From assembly GCA_046160545.1 (NCBI GenBank), contig JBJXGS010000193.1, positions 13,487 through 77,486 on the forward strand: a stretch of DNA of 64,000 nucleotides. The letters run 5' to 3'. This document shows, piece by piece, positions 48,565 through 57,524 of the stretch (position 1 is its first letter; each line of letters begins with the position of its first letter). A program made the position numbers and the translations under genes. Origin of the DNA: Burkholderiales bacterium. Lineage in GTDB: Bacteria > Pseudomonadota > Gammaproteobacteria > Burkholderiales > JAEUOS01. The notes under the pieces are model-generated. The model saw only the letters and a list, made by a program, of their open reading frames with translations, was not told the DNA's origin and did no database searches.

Positions 48565-49169
48565 GCCATTCCCACTCCACGCAACGTCGACGCTTCGCCC
48601 AGGCAATGCTGGCTGCGGCGGCTGCCGCCGTGGTCCCCGCCGGCCTGGCCCAGGAGCGCGGCGGGTTCAAGCTGGGCGACCGGCTCGCGCCGGGCACCGC
48701 GCGCAGCGGCGCCACTTACCGCGAAATCGATTGGGAAAAGCTCGTCCCGCCGGGCTGGGACCCTGCGGCGGCCTTCAAGGGACTTGACCTTGCCAACCTG
48801 AAGGATGGCGACCCGCGCGCCATGGAAGCCATGGCGCGCGTCCAGGAAGCCTGGGACCAGGCGCCGCTGAACCAGGAGATGCACAACATCAAGGTGCGCA
48901 TCCCGGGCTTTGTCGTGCCGCTGGAACGGCGCGGCACCCTGATCTACGAATTCCTGCTGGTACCCTACTTTGGCGCCTGCATCCACACCCCGCCGCCACC
49001 TGCCAACCAGATCATCCATGTCTTCCCGGCGCGCCCGGTGACCGACGTGATCGCGATGGACCCGGTGTGGGTGAGTGGCCCGATCGAGAACAAGCGCAGC
49101 GCCACCGCCATGGGCCGCGCCGGCTACCGCATGGGCGCCGACCTGGTCACGCCGTACAAGAAGCGCTGA
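48561..49169 (+). CDS. DUF3299 periplasmic protein (ZrgD-like) with a twin-arginine-like signal
   Basis: Starts MSHSHSTQRRRFAQAMLAAAAAAVVPAGLA and contains LVPYFGACIHTPPPPANQIIHV. It has an ATGA overlap with the permease gene. Confidence 0.8.
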   Translation: MSHSHSTQRRRFAQAMLAAAAAAVVPAGLAQERGGFKLGDRLAPGTARSGATYREIDWEKLVPPGWDPAAAFKGLDLANLKDGDPRAMEAMARVQEAWDQAPLNQEMHNIKVRIPGFVVPLERRGTLIYEFLLVPYFGACIHTPPPPANQIIHVFPARPVTDVIAMDPVWVSGPIENKRSATAMGRAGYRMGADLVTPYKKR

Positions 49170-49263
49170 CCGCGAGGCCCCCGCAAGCGCCGGGGCCGCC
49201 AGTTTCTGCTATGCTCGCGCCCCCTCGCAACAAGCCCGTCCGCAGCACACGGCAAAAATCGCA

Positions 49264-50244
49264 ATGTCCGTCCAGGTTCCAGTCACCATCCTCACCGGCT
49301 TCCTAGGTGCCGGCAAGACCACGCTCCTCAACCGCATCCTGACCGAGCAGCACGGCCTGAAGATCGCGGTCATCGAGAACGAATTCGGCGAAGAGGGGAT
49401 CGACAATGAGATCCTGCTGCGCGAACAGGGTCGCGAGCAGATCATCGAGATGAACAACGGCTGCATCTGCTGCACCGTGCGCGGCGACCTGGTGCGCATC
49501 CTGGGCGACTTGAAGCGCAAGCGCGACTCCGGCAAGCTGGCTTTTGACCGCGTCATCATCGAGACCACGGGCTTAGCCGATCCGGCCCCGGTGGCGCAGA
49601 CCTTTTTCATCGACGACGCGATCGCCGAGTACTACCTGCTCGACGCCGTCGTGACGGTGGTCGATGCCAAGCACGCCCAGACCCAGTTGGACGAGCACCA
49701 CGAGGCACAGGAGCAGGTCGGCTTTGCCGACCGCATCCTGCTCTCCAAGGTGGACCTGGTGGGCGAAGATGAGCAGATCCGCCTGAAGGACCGCCTGAAA
49801 CGCATGAACCCGCGCGCGCCGATCAAGCCCGTGCACTTCGGCAACGCGCCGATCGCCGAGGTGCTTGACATCCGCGGCTTCAACCTCAATGCGATCCTCG
49901 AAATCGACCCGGACTTCCTCGAGGGCGATGACCACAGCCACGACGATAGCGTCAAGTCGTTCATCTACAAGACCGCCAAGCCCTTCGATTCGATGAAGCT
50001 CGAGGAATTCCTGGGCGCCATGATCCAGGTCTACGGCAAGGACATGCTGCGCTACAAGGGTGTGCTCAACGTGAGCGGGCAGAACCGGCGCGTGGTATTC
50101 CAGGGCGTGCACATGATGATGGGCGGCGACCTGGCCAAACCCTGGGGCGAAAACGAGGCCAGAACGAGTAAAATGGTGTTCATCGGTCGCAATCTCCCGC
50201 AGGACGTCTTCATCAAGGGTCTGGAGTTGTGCACCGTCACCTGA
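49264..50244 (+). CDS. COG0523 (CobW/ZigA/YeiR-type) metallochaperone GTPase
   Basis: Starts MSVQVPVTILTGFLGAGKTTLLNRIL (P-loop). Contains the GCICCTVRGD CxCC motif and the His/Asp-rich EGDDHSHDDS stretch. Confidence 0.88.
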   Translation: MSVQVPVTILTGFLGAGKTTLLNRILTEQHGLKIAVIENEFGEEGIDNEILLREQGREQIIEMNNGCICCTVRGDLVRILGDLKRKRDSGKLAFDRVIIETTGLADPAPVAQTFFIDDAIAEYYLLDAVVTVVDAKHAQTQLDEHHEAQEQVGFADRILLSKVDLVGEDEQIRLKDRLKRMNPRAPIKPVHFGNAPIAEVLDIRGFNLNAILEIDPDFLEGDDHSHDDSVKSFIYKTAKPFDSMKLEEFLGAMIQVYGKDMLRYKGVLNVSGQNRRVVFQGVHMMMGGDLAKPWGENEARTSKMVFIGRNLPQDVFIKGLELCTVT

Positions 50245-50316
50245 AATTTCACCCGGCATGCCAGCATACGGCGGGCCGGGTCCGATTCATATCTGTCCAG
50301 GAAGCAAGGGTTCGCC

Positions 50317-50757
50317 ATGGCAGGCGCCGTCAAGTCCAAACCGCAAGCTAAGCCCCTCAGCGAGGCAGAGCTTTTGCGCATGCCCGCCAAGGATTACATG
50401 AACGAGGCGCAACTGGCCTTCTTCAAGGCGCGCCTGGAAACCCAGCGCGACGAACTCCTGGCCAACGCCGGCGAGACTTCTGAGCACCTGCGCGAGACCC
50501 CTTCGGTTCCTGACCCGGCCGACCGCGCGACGATCGAGGAAGAACACGCCCTCGAGCTGCGTACCCGCGACCGCGAGCGCAAGCTCATGAAGAAAATCGA
50601 AGGTTCGCTGATGCGTATCGAGACCGGCGACTACGGATTTTGTGACGAGACCGGCGAGCCCATCGGCTTGAAGCGGCTCCTGGCGCGCCCGACGGCCAAC
50701 CTCACCATCGAGGCGCAGCAAAGGCGCGAGCTCAAGCAAAAAATGTACGGAGAGTAG
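50317..50757 (+). CDS. dksA: DksA-family RNA-polymerase-binding protein, cysteine-poor DksA2 type
   Basis: 146 aa. It has the coiled-coil tip region and the C-terminal GDYGFCDETGEPIGLKRLLARPTANLTIEAQ. Only the first of the four canonical zinc-finger Cys positions is Cys. Confidence 0.85.
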   Translation: MAGAVKSKPQAKPLSEAELLRMPAKDYMNEAQLAFFKARLETQRDELLANAGETSEHLRETPSVPDPADRATIEEEHALELRTRDRERKLMKKIEGSLMRIETGDYGFCDETGEPIGLKRLLARPTANLTIEAQQRRELKQKMYGE

Positions 50758-50805
50758 TCGCCGCTGGCGCTTGGCGCAGCCTGCCGCGGCACCGCAGCAC
50801 GGGCC

Positions 50806-52071
50806 TTGCGCCAGGCACGGCCGGGCCCCGGGGATGTTTCTCAAGTGATCTCCCTCTTCAACAAGAAACCCGCACCGCAGCCCCGCAAAGGTCGGGTCGC
50901 GGTCGAGCACGGCTTCTCCGGCGGCGCGAAGCCACAGCCCAAGGGCAAGGACCCGGCAGGCGCCGGCGCGCAGGACGACCCGGTACAAGCCGAAATCGCT
51001 GCCAACCGCGCGGCTGGTGTCACCTCGGTCATGATGATGGATGTGCAGGAGGCGCGCTTCGATGCGGCTCCCGCGCTCGAGGAAGCGGCGATCCTCTACG
51101 CCAATCGCCAGGATGACGCCGCGCGCGCCGCCCTCGAGGAAGCGCTGGCCCAGGACGACCTGCCCGTCCCGGTGGTGCGGCAGGCCTTCGCGATGCTGTT
51201 CGACCTGTTCGAGAACTCCGGCAATCGTAACGACTTCGAATCCACTGCGCTTGCCTTCGCGGTACGACTGGAGACTTCGCCGCCGGCCTTCAATGACCGT
51301 TCGAACATCAAGCAGGAAGCGGTGCGTGCCGGCAACCTGCCGCAGGTGGCCTTCGGCGCGAAGCTCGATGCCGAGGCAGTGCGCCAATGCGACCAGGCGC
51401 GCGCCTTCGCCGCCAAGAATCCGGCGCTGCGTCTGGATGCCTCCAAGATCGAGAGCGTCACGCCCGAGGGCGCCGACCACCTGCATGCGCTGATCGCGGG
51501 CCTTAAGCGCTCCGCGCGCATCATCGAGTTCGGCGGCGCAGCGCACCTGACGGCTTTGCTTGGCAGCCTCACGGAAACCGGGCGCGCCGATGTGCCGCAA
51601 CCCTATTGGCTCCTCATGCTGGACCTGCTGCAACTGCAGGGCATGCAGGCCGAGTACGAAGAGACCGCGCTCAATTACTGCGTCACCTACGAGGTGTCGC
51701 CGCCGGCCTGGGTCGATGCCCCCAAGCCCAAGACCGGACGTGCCTCCGGCGCGCCGACGCCGACCGTGCCGCTGCCCGACGACGCCTTCTACCTGAGCGG
51801 CGAGATCGAAGGCAGCGCGCAGGCCACCGTCAAGGCCATCGGCGACTACGCCGCCGAGAAAACCCTGCTGGTGATCGACACCTTCAACGTCAAGCGCCTG
51901 GATTTCATCGCCGCGGGCGCGCTGCTCAACCTGGTATCGGCACTGAAGGGCACCGACCGGCAGATCGAGATCCGCAACCCCAGCCCGCTGATCGCGGCGC
52001 TGCTGGTGGCGATGGGCTTCACCGAGTGCGCGCGACTATCGCGGCGCAAGGAATCCAAGCCGCAACCTTGA
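50806..52071 (+). CDS. Internally duplicated protein with two STAS-like domains
   Basis: 421 aa. It has two copies of a helical segment ending in SPPA[FW]xD, each followed by a STAS-like block (e.g. TLLVIDTFNVKRLDFIAAGALLNLVSALKGTDRQIEIRNPSPLIAALL). The start could be the GTG at 50845. Confidence 0.6.
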   Translation: MRQARPGPGDVSQVISLFNKKPAPQPRKGRVAVEHGFSGGAKPQPKGKDPAGAGAQDDPVQAEIAANRAAGVTSVMMMDVQEARFDAAPALEEAAILYANRQDDAARAALEEALAQDDLPVPVVRQAFAMLFDLFENSGNRNDFESTALAFAVRLETSPPAFNDRSNIKQEAVRAGNLPQVAFGAKLDAEAVRQCDQARAFAAKNPALRLDASKIESVTPEGADHLHALIAGLKRSARIIEFGGAAHLTALLGSLTETGRADVPQPYWLLMLDLLQLQGMQAEYEETALNYCVTYEVSPPAWVDAPKPKTGRASGAPTPTVPLPDDAFYLSGEIEGSAQATVKAIGDYAAEKTLLVIDTFNVKRLDFIAAGALLNLVSALKGTDRQIEIRNPSPLIAALLVAMGFTECARLSRRKESKPQP

Positions 52072-52137
52072 AAGGCGCGCAGGCGCCACCATTTGCAACC
52101 ATCGTGCGGTGTGCAGCCGCGCAGAGTCCGGCCCGGC

Positions 52138-52674
52138 ATGGAACAATTCCACGGTACCACCATACTTGCAGTGCGGCGCGGCGCCCAGGTCGCCTTAGGC
52201 GGTGACGGCCAGGTCACCCTGGGCAATGTCATCGTCAAGGCTGGCGCCAAGAAGGTGCGGCGCCTGTATCACGACCGCATCCTGGCCGGCTTCGCCGGCG
52301 GCACCGCGGATGCCTTCACGCTCTTCGAGCGCTTCGACGCCAAGCTCGACAAGCACCAGGGGCACCTGATGCGTGCCGCGGTCGAACTGGCGCGCGACTG
52401 GCGCACCGACCGTATCCTGCGCCGCCTCGATGCCATGCTCGCAGTAGCCGACCGCGAGCACTCGCTCATCATCACCGGCAATGGCGATGTGCTCGAGCCC
52501 GAAGCAGGCATCGTCGCCATCGGCTCGGGTGGCGCCTTCGCACAGGCGGCTGCCAAGGCCTTGCTGGAGAACACCACCCTCACGCCGGCCGAGATCGTCA
52601 AGAAGGCGCTCACCATCGCCGGGGAGATCTGCATCTACACCAACCAGCAGCACGCCATCGAGGAACTAGGCTAA
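52138..52674 (+). CDS. hslV: ATP-dependent protease subunit HslV
   Basis: [29 protein letters not shown] (N-terminal Thr after processing). 178 aa. Confidence 0.95.
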   Translation: MEQFHGTTILAVRRGAQVALGGDGQVTLGNVIVKAGAKKVRRLYHDRILAGFAGGTADAFTLFERFDAKLDKHQGHLMRAAVELARDWRTDRILRRLDAMLAVADREHSLIITGNGDVLEPEAGIVAIGSGGAFAQAAAKALLENTTLTPAEIVKKALTIAGEICIYTNQQHAIEELG

Positions 52675-52678
52675 ATCC

Positions 52679-54007
52679 ATGTCGGCCATGACACCGCAGG
52701 AAATCGTGCATGAGCTCGACCGGCACATCGTCGGCCAGGCGCGCGCCAAGCGCGCGGTCGCCATCGCGTTGCGCAACCGCTGGCGGCGCCAGAACGTCGC
52801 CGAGCCACTGCGCTCCGAGATCACGCCCAAGAACATCCTCATGATCGGCCCCACCGGGGTGGGCAAGACCGAGATTGCCCGCCGCCTGGCGCGGCTGGCT
52901 GACGCTCCTTTCATCAAGGTCGAGGCGACCAAGTTCACCGAAGTCGGCTACGTCGGGCGCGATGTCGACACCATCATCCGCGACTTGGCCGAGATCGCCG
53001 TCAAGGAGACCCGCGAGGCGGAAATGAAGCGCCAGCGCGCGCGCGCCGCCGATGCCGCCGAGGAGCGCATCCTCGATGTGCTGCTGCCGCCGCCGGCGGA
53101 CCGCGCGCTGCAGCCGCAAGGCGAGGCCGAGAACGCGACGCGGCAGAAATTCCGCAAGAAACTGCGCGAGGGCGGGTTCGACGAGGCCGAGATCGAGATC
53201 GAGGTCGCGCAGCCGGCCGCGCAGATGGAAGTGATGGCGCCGCCCGGCATGGAAGAACTCACGTCGCAGCTGCAGGGCATGTTCGCCAACCTGGGCCAGG
53301 GCAAGCGCCGCATGAAAAAGCTCAAGGTCAAGGACGCGCTGCGCATGGTCACCGACGAGGAAGCGGCCAGGCTCGTCAACGACGACGAACTCAAGGTGCG
53401 CGCGATCCGGAACGTCGAGGAAAACGGCATCGTTTTCCTGGACGAGATCGACAAGATCGCCAGCCGCTCCGAGACCCAGGGCGCCGACGTGTCGCGCCAG
53501 GGTGTGCAGCGCGACCTCCTGCCCTTAGTCGAGGGCACCACGGTCACCACCAAGTACGGCATGGTCAAGACCGACCACATCCTGTTCATCGGCTCGGGTG
53601 CCTTTCACTTCGCCAAGCCCTCCGACCTGATCCCGGAGCTGCAGGGCCGCTTTCCGATCCGTGTCGAACTGGAGTCCCTCACGGTCGAGGACTTCGAAAA
53701 GATCCTGACGGCAACGCACGCCTCGCTGACGCGCCAATACGAGGCGCTCCTGGCCACCGACAACCTGCGCGTCGAATTCACACCCGAAGGCGTCAGGCGC
53801 CTGGCGGAGATCGCGTTTTCGGTCAACGAGAAGACCGAGAATATCGGCGCACGCCGGCTGCACACGGTCATGGAAAAGCTGCTCGAGGAAATTTCCTTCG
53901 AAGCCGCCGGCGCCACGGCCAAGCTGACGACCATCGACCCGGCCTACGTCGATGGGCGCCTGGCCGAACTGGCCAAGTCCGAAGACCTGGCGCGCTACGT
54001 CCTGTGA
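52679..54007 (+). CDS. hslU: ATP-dependent protease ATPase subunit HslU
   Basis: 442 aa. Contains [17 protein letters not shown], Walker [16 protein letters not shown] and Walker [11 protein letters not shown]. Confidence 0.96.
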   Translation: MSAMTPQEIVHELDRHIVGQARAKRAVAIALRNRWRRQNVAEPLRSEITPKNILMIGPTGVGKTEIARRLARLADAPFIKVEATKFTEVGYVGRDVDTIIRDLAEIAVKETREAEMKRQRARAADAAEERILDVLLPPPADRALQPQGEAENATRQKFRKKLREGGFDEAEIEIEVAQPAAQMEVMAPPGMEELTSQLQGMFANLGQGKRRMKKLKVKDALRMVTDEEAARLVNDDELKVRAIRNVEENGIVFLDEIDKIASRSETQGADVSRQGVQRDLLPLVEGTTVTTKYGMVKTDHILFIGSGAFHFAKPSDLIPELQGRFPIRVELESLTVEDFEKILTATHASLTRQYEALLATDNLRVEFTPEGVRRLAEIAFSVNEKTENIGARRLHTVMEKLLEEISFEAAGATAKLTTIDPAYVDGRLAELAKSEDLARYVL

Positions 54008-55149
54008 ACGCGCTCCCCGCAGCCGACGACGATGCCCGCGCGGCGTCGTTCCAGACCCTGCAGGAGATCGTCGCCGCCGCGCGCGCACGCCTGGGCCCTG
54101 GCGCATGGGCCTACCTGGTGGGCGGTACCGAGACGGAAGCAACCGTGCGACGCAATCGCCTGGCGCTCGACGCGCTGGCGTTCCGGCCGCGGGTCTTGAA
54201 CGACGTGCGCGACGCGGCGCCCACCGGCACCTGCCTGGGCCTGCCCGTGCGCCTGCCGATAATCCTGGCGCCGGTCGGCGGTGTGGAAGCTTTCGTCGCC
54301 GGTGGCGCTGCCACCTCGGCGCAAGCGGCAGCAGCCTTCGGTATCCCCTTGATGCTGTCTTCAGTGTGCCAGCCGGGCCTGGAGGCGACTGCGCAGGCCG
54401 CTGATGCGCAGCGCATCTTCCAGCTTTACGTGCGCGGCGACGACGCCTGGGTCGACGACTGGGTGCGCCGCGCGCGCGACAACGACTACAGTGCCTTCTG
54501 CCTCACGGTGGACAGCGCCTTCTACAGTCGGCGTGAGCGTGACATCATCGGCCGTTACGCGAAACCCTGGCGTCCGGCGGACAGCGCCGGATTGGCCTGG
54601 CAGTCGGCGCTCTCATGGCGCGAGGTCGCCCGCTTCAAGGACAAGTGGGACCTGCCCTTGATCTTAAAGGGCATCGCGACTGCGGAAGACGCCGCATTGG
54701 CGGCAGAGCATGGTGTGGACGTGGTCTATGTCTCCAACCACGGTGGCCGGCAGCTCGATTGCGGCCTGGGCAGCCTCACCGTATTGCCGGAGGTCATCGC
54801 AGCCGTCGCCGGCCGGGCCCAGGTGTGGGTCGACGGCGGGGCCATGCGCGGCAGTGACGTGCTGAAGGCGCTGGCACTCGGTGCATCGATGGTCGGCATC
54901 GGGCGGCTCGCCTGCCTGGGGCTGGCGGCGGCCGGCGCGCCCGGCCTGGTGCGCACCCTGGAACTCCTCGAGGAGGAGATGCGTATCGGCCTGGGCTTGC
55001 TGGGTGCAACGCGCGTCGCTCATTTGACGCCGCGCCACCTCGCGGCAGCAGCGCCGGTCGCCGACCATGGCGTGCTGGGCGCGTTTCCGTTGCTGGACAC
55101 GCAGGCGCCGCCGCCGAGGCAACCTGACTCAACGGGCGCCGGCACCTGA
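54004..55149 (+). CDS. FMN-dependent alpha-hydroxy acid dehydrogenase/oxidase (LldD/glycolate oxidase family)
   Basis: 381 aa with a GTGA overlap on hslU. Contains the [10 protein letters not shown] and [17 protein letters not shown] motifs. Confidence 0.85.
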   Translation: MNALPAADDDARAASFQTLQEIVAAARARLGPGAWAYLVGGTETEATVRRNRLALDALAFRPRVLNDVRDAAPTGTCLGLPVRLPIILAPVGGVEAFVAGGAATSAQAAAAFGIPLMLSSVCQPGLEATAQAADAQRIFQLYVRGDDAWVDDWVRRARDNDYSAFCLTVDSAFYSRRERDIIGRYAKPWRPADSAGLAWQSALSWREVARFKDKWDLPLILKGIATAEDAALAAEHGVDVVYVSNHGGRQLDCGLGSLTVLPEVIAAVAGRAQVWVDGGAMRGSDVLKALALGASMVGIGRLACLGLAAAGAPGLVRTLELLEEEMRIGLGLLGATRVAHLTPRHLAAAAPVADHGVLGAFPLLDTQAPPPRQPDSTGAGT

Positions 55150-55218
55150 GGAGCCCGCAACTGCCCTGAGTGGCGACCGGCAGGCCCGGACCGCGCAAGC
55201 GGCAGTACAATTCCCGAT

Positions 55219-55596
55219 ATGCATCGCTGGTTCCGCCGCCCCTTGCGCTTGGTCGCCCTGACCGTCGCCCTGCTGCAATTGGGGCTGCCGGTGGCCGCAT
55301 ACGCCAAGTCGGCCGCCAAGGGCGCGCTGACCCAGGAAATCTGCACCGCGACCGGAGTCAGGCAGATCATCCTGGACGACGACGGTCAGGCACACGAGAT
55401 CCGCACAAGTGCGCAGGGGGATCATTCCCAGCACTGTTCGATGTGCGGTGCCGGCCCGTTGCTGCCGCTGCAAACCCTGATCGATTGGCACGTCAGCCAG
55501 ACCCAGCGCGGAGAGATCCGCCTCTCCAGCGTCTGCGCTCCATCACCGGACTCGGTCGCCAAGCCGCCGGCCACCGGCCCGCCTTCCCGCCTGTAA
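55219..55596 (+). CDS. DUF2946 family protein (copper-associated neighbourhoods)
   Basis: 125 aa. It has a signal/TM segment, the EICTATG segment, and HCSMCG. Confidence 0.6.
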   Translation: MHRWFRRPLRLVALTVALLQLGLPVAAYAKSAAKGALTQEICTATGVRQIILDDDGQAHEIRTSAQGDHSQHCSMCGAGPLLPLQTLIDWHVSQTQRGEIRLSSVCAPSPDSVAKPPATGPPSRL

Positions 55597-55769
55597 TTCC
55601 TGCTAAGGGCCGGTGCGGACGAATGCGCCGGCATGCACGTCAGGGCACATCGCCAGCCGTGACTCCCTTTTTGCGGAAGCGTCGCCATGTTCAAAGCCAT
55701 GAAGAAGCTTCGCCTGCGGCCTGACGAGGCAGCCGGTACGCAGGCCGTCCTGCGCGTCGCACACGGTCA

Positions 55770-57002
55770 ATGATCCGTAGGCGACACGACAACGGCTTGG
55801 CGAGTGGTGTGGGATGCGCCCTCCTGCTGGCCTGCGCCGCTGTGGTTCTGGCACAGGCGCCGGAGACGCCCGCGCCATATGCAGGTACCGGCGCCCCCAG
55901 CACCACGCGCGCCGAGTACGACTGGCGGCTGCCGCGCTGGACACCCAAGCCACTGGTACCACCGGGCAACCCGATGTCGCATGAAAAGGTCGAGCTCGGG
56001 CGCTTCCTCTTCTACGACAAGCGCATGTCGATCAACGGCACCACCAGTTGCGCCACCTGCCATCAGCAGGCACGTGCCTTTACCGACGGCGTCAAGCTTG
56101 CCATCGGCGCCACCGGCGAGAAGCATCCGCGCAACACCATGGCGCTGGCCAATGTCGCCTACACGCCGGTGCTGACCTGGGCCAACCCGCTCATGACCGC
56201 TCTGGAATCACAGGCGCTGGTGCCGATGTTCGGCGAACATCCGGTAGAGATGGGCCTAGCCGGCAAGGAAGCTGAACTCCTGCGATTGCTGCGCCGCGAT
56301 CCGCGCTACGAACGCCGCTTCGCGCTTGCCTTTCCCGGCGAAAGCGACCCCTATACCCTGGCCAACCTGACGCGTGCATTGGCCGCATTCCAGCGCACTC
56401 TGGTGTCGTTCGACTCCCCTTATGACCGTTATCGCTATGGTGGCGACTCCAAGGCCATTCCCGCAGCGGCCAAGCGCGGCGAGCGCCTGTTTTTCAGCGA
56501 ACGACTGGAATGCTTTCACTGCCACGGTGGCGTCAATTTTTCCGACTCGGTGGTGCACGAGCGACTGCGCGACGCGGAAATCGCCTTTCACAACACCGGG
56601 CTCTACAACCTCGATGGTCGCGGCGCGTTCCCGCCCGGCAACAAGGGGCTTATCGAGCATTCGGGCAAGCCCGGCGACATGGGGCGGTTCCGCACACCGA
56701 GCCTGCGCAACGTCGCGGTCACGGCGCCGTACATGCACGATGGCTCGGTGGCGACCTTGAGCGAGGCCATCGCCCACTACGCGCGCGGTGGGCGGCGCAT
56801 CGCCTCCGGGCCGACGCGCGGCGATGGCGCGAAGAATCCATACAAGAGCGGTTTCGTCAAGGGCTTTCGTCTGACCGAAGGTGAGAAGCGCGACCTGATC
56901 GCGTTTCTCGAGAGCCTGACCGACCGCGGCTTCCTGACCGACCCCCGCTTTGCCGACCCGTTCGAGGCGCCCGGCACGGCAACCCTCCCCGCCTCCCGCT
57001 AG
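55770..57002 (+). CDS. MbnH-like / MauG-CCP-family di-haem enzyme
   Basis: 410 aa. Contains WRLPRWTPKPLVPPGNPMSHEKVELGRFLFYDKRMS and the two haem motifs CATCH and CFHCH. Confidence 0.8.
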   Translation: MIRRRHDNGLASGVGCALLLACAAVVLAQAPETPAPYAGTGAPSTTRAEYDWRLPRWTPKPLVPPGNPMSHEKVELGRFLFYDKRMSINGTTSCATCHQQARAFTDGVKLAIGATGEKHPRNTMALANVAYTPVLTWANPLMTALESQALVPMFGEHPVEMGLAGKEAELLRLLRRDPRYERRFALAFPGESDPYTLANLTRALAAFQRTLVSFDSPYDRYRYGGDSKAIPAAAKRGERLFFSERLECFHCHGGVNFSDSVVHERLRDAEIAFHNTGLYNLDGRGAFPPGNKGLIEHSGKPGDMGRFRTPSLRNVAVTAPYMHDGSVATLSEAIAHYARGGRRIASGPTRGDGAKNPYKSGFVKGFRLTEGEKRDLIAFLESLTDRGFLTDPRFADPFEAPGTATLPASR

Positions 57003-57013
57003 AAAGCATCATC

Positions 57014-57475
57014 ATGAAAATCTTCGGCGCACTGATCCTCTCGCTCTCCTTCGCGGTCAACGCGCACGACTTCAGCTTGAAGGACCTGCGCATCGTCCAT
57101 CCGGTGGCCGCCGCCACCGTCCCTGGCGCTGCCACCGGCGGCGCCTACCTGACCCTGGAGAACCGGGGCAAGGTCGCCGACCGCCTGATCGGCGCGTCCA
57201 CACCGCGCGCCAGGCGTGTCGAGTTGCACACCATGAGCATGGATGGCGGCGTCATGCGCATGCGCGAGGTCGAGGGCATCGAGGTCAAGCCCGGCGAGAC
57301 TGTCAAGATGCGCCCGGGTGCGGGCTTTCACCTGATGCTCATGGAACTGTCCGCGCCGCTCAAGGATGGCGAGACCTTTCCGCTCACCCTGATCTTCGAG
57401 AAATCCGGCAAGGTCGAGGTCAAGACCTGGGTGCAAAAGGCCAAGGGCGGCGCTCACGAGCACCACAAACACTAA
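57014..57475 (+). CDS. Periplasmic copper chaperone PCu(A)C (DUF461)
   Basis: 153 aa with a signal peptide. Contains the HTMSMDGGVMRMREV and GFHLMLMEL motifs. Confidence 0.85.
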   Translation: MKIFGALILSLSFAVNAHDFSLKDLRIVHPVAAATVPGAATGGAYLTLENRGKVADRLIGASTPRARRVELHTMSMDGGVMRMREVEGIEVKPGETVKMRPGAGFHLMLMELSAPLKDGETFPLTLIFEKSGKVEVKTWVQKAKGGAHEHHKH

Positions 57476-57524
57476 AACGACGCGCACCCGCGGGAAGCCC
57501 GCAGCCGGGTGGTACGACCGCGCC

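Noticed and set aside
50287-51633. 448-aa minus-strand ORF, and similar antisense ORFs elsewhere (5065..6081, 19632..20696, 25416..26339, 27880..28857, 38-39 kb, 59954..60676)
   Set aside because: Each overlaps a motif-supported gene on the other strand and shows the characteristic Arg/Gly/Ala/Leu/His-rich shadow-frame composition.
55597-55769. A methanobactin-type precursor peptide or a missing MbnP gene in the spacer before the MbnH-like gene
   Set aside because: The only small ORF has no cysteines and no MbnA-like core, and 173 bp cannot hold an MbnP gene. It is kept only as a low-interest micro-ORF note.
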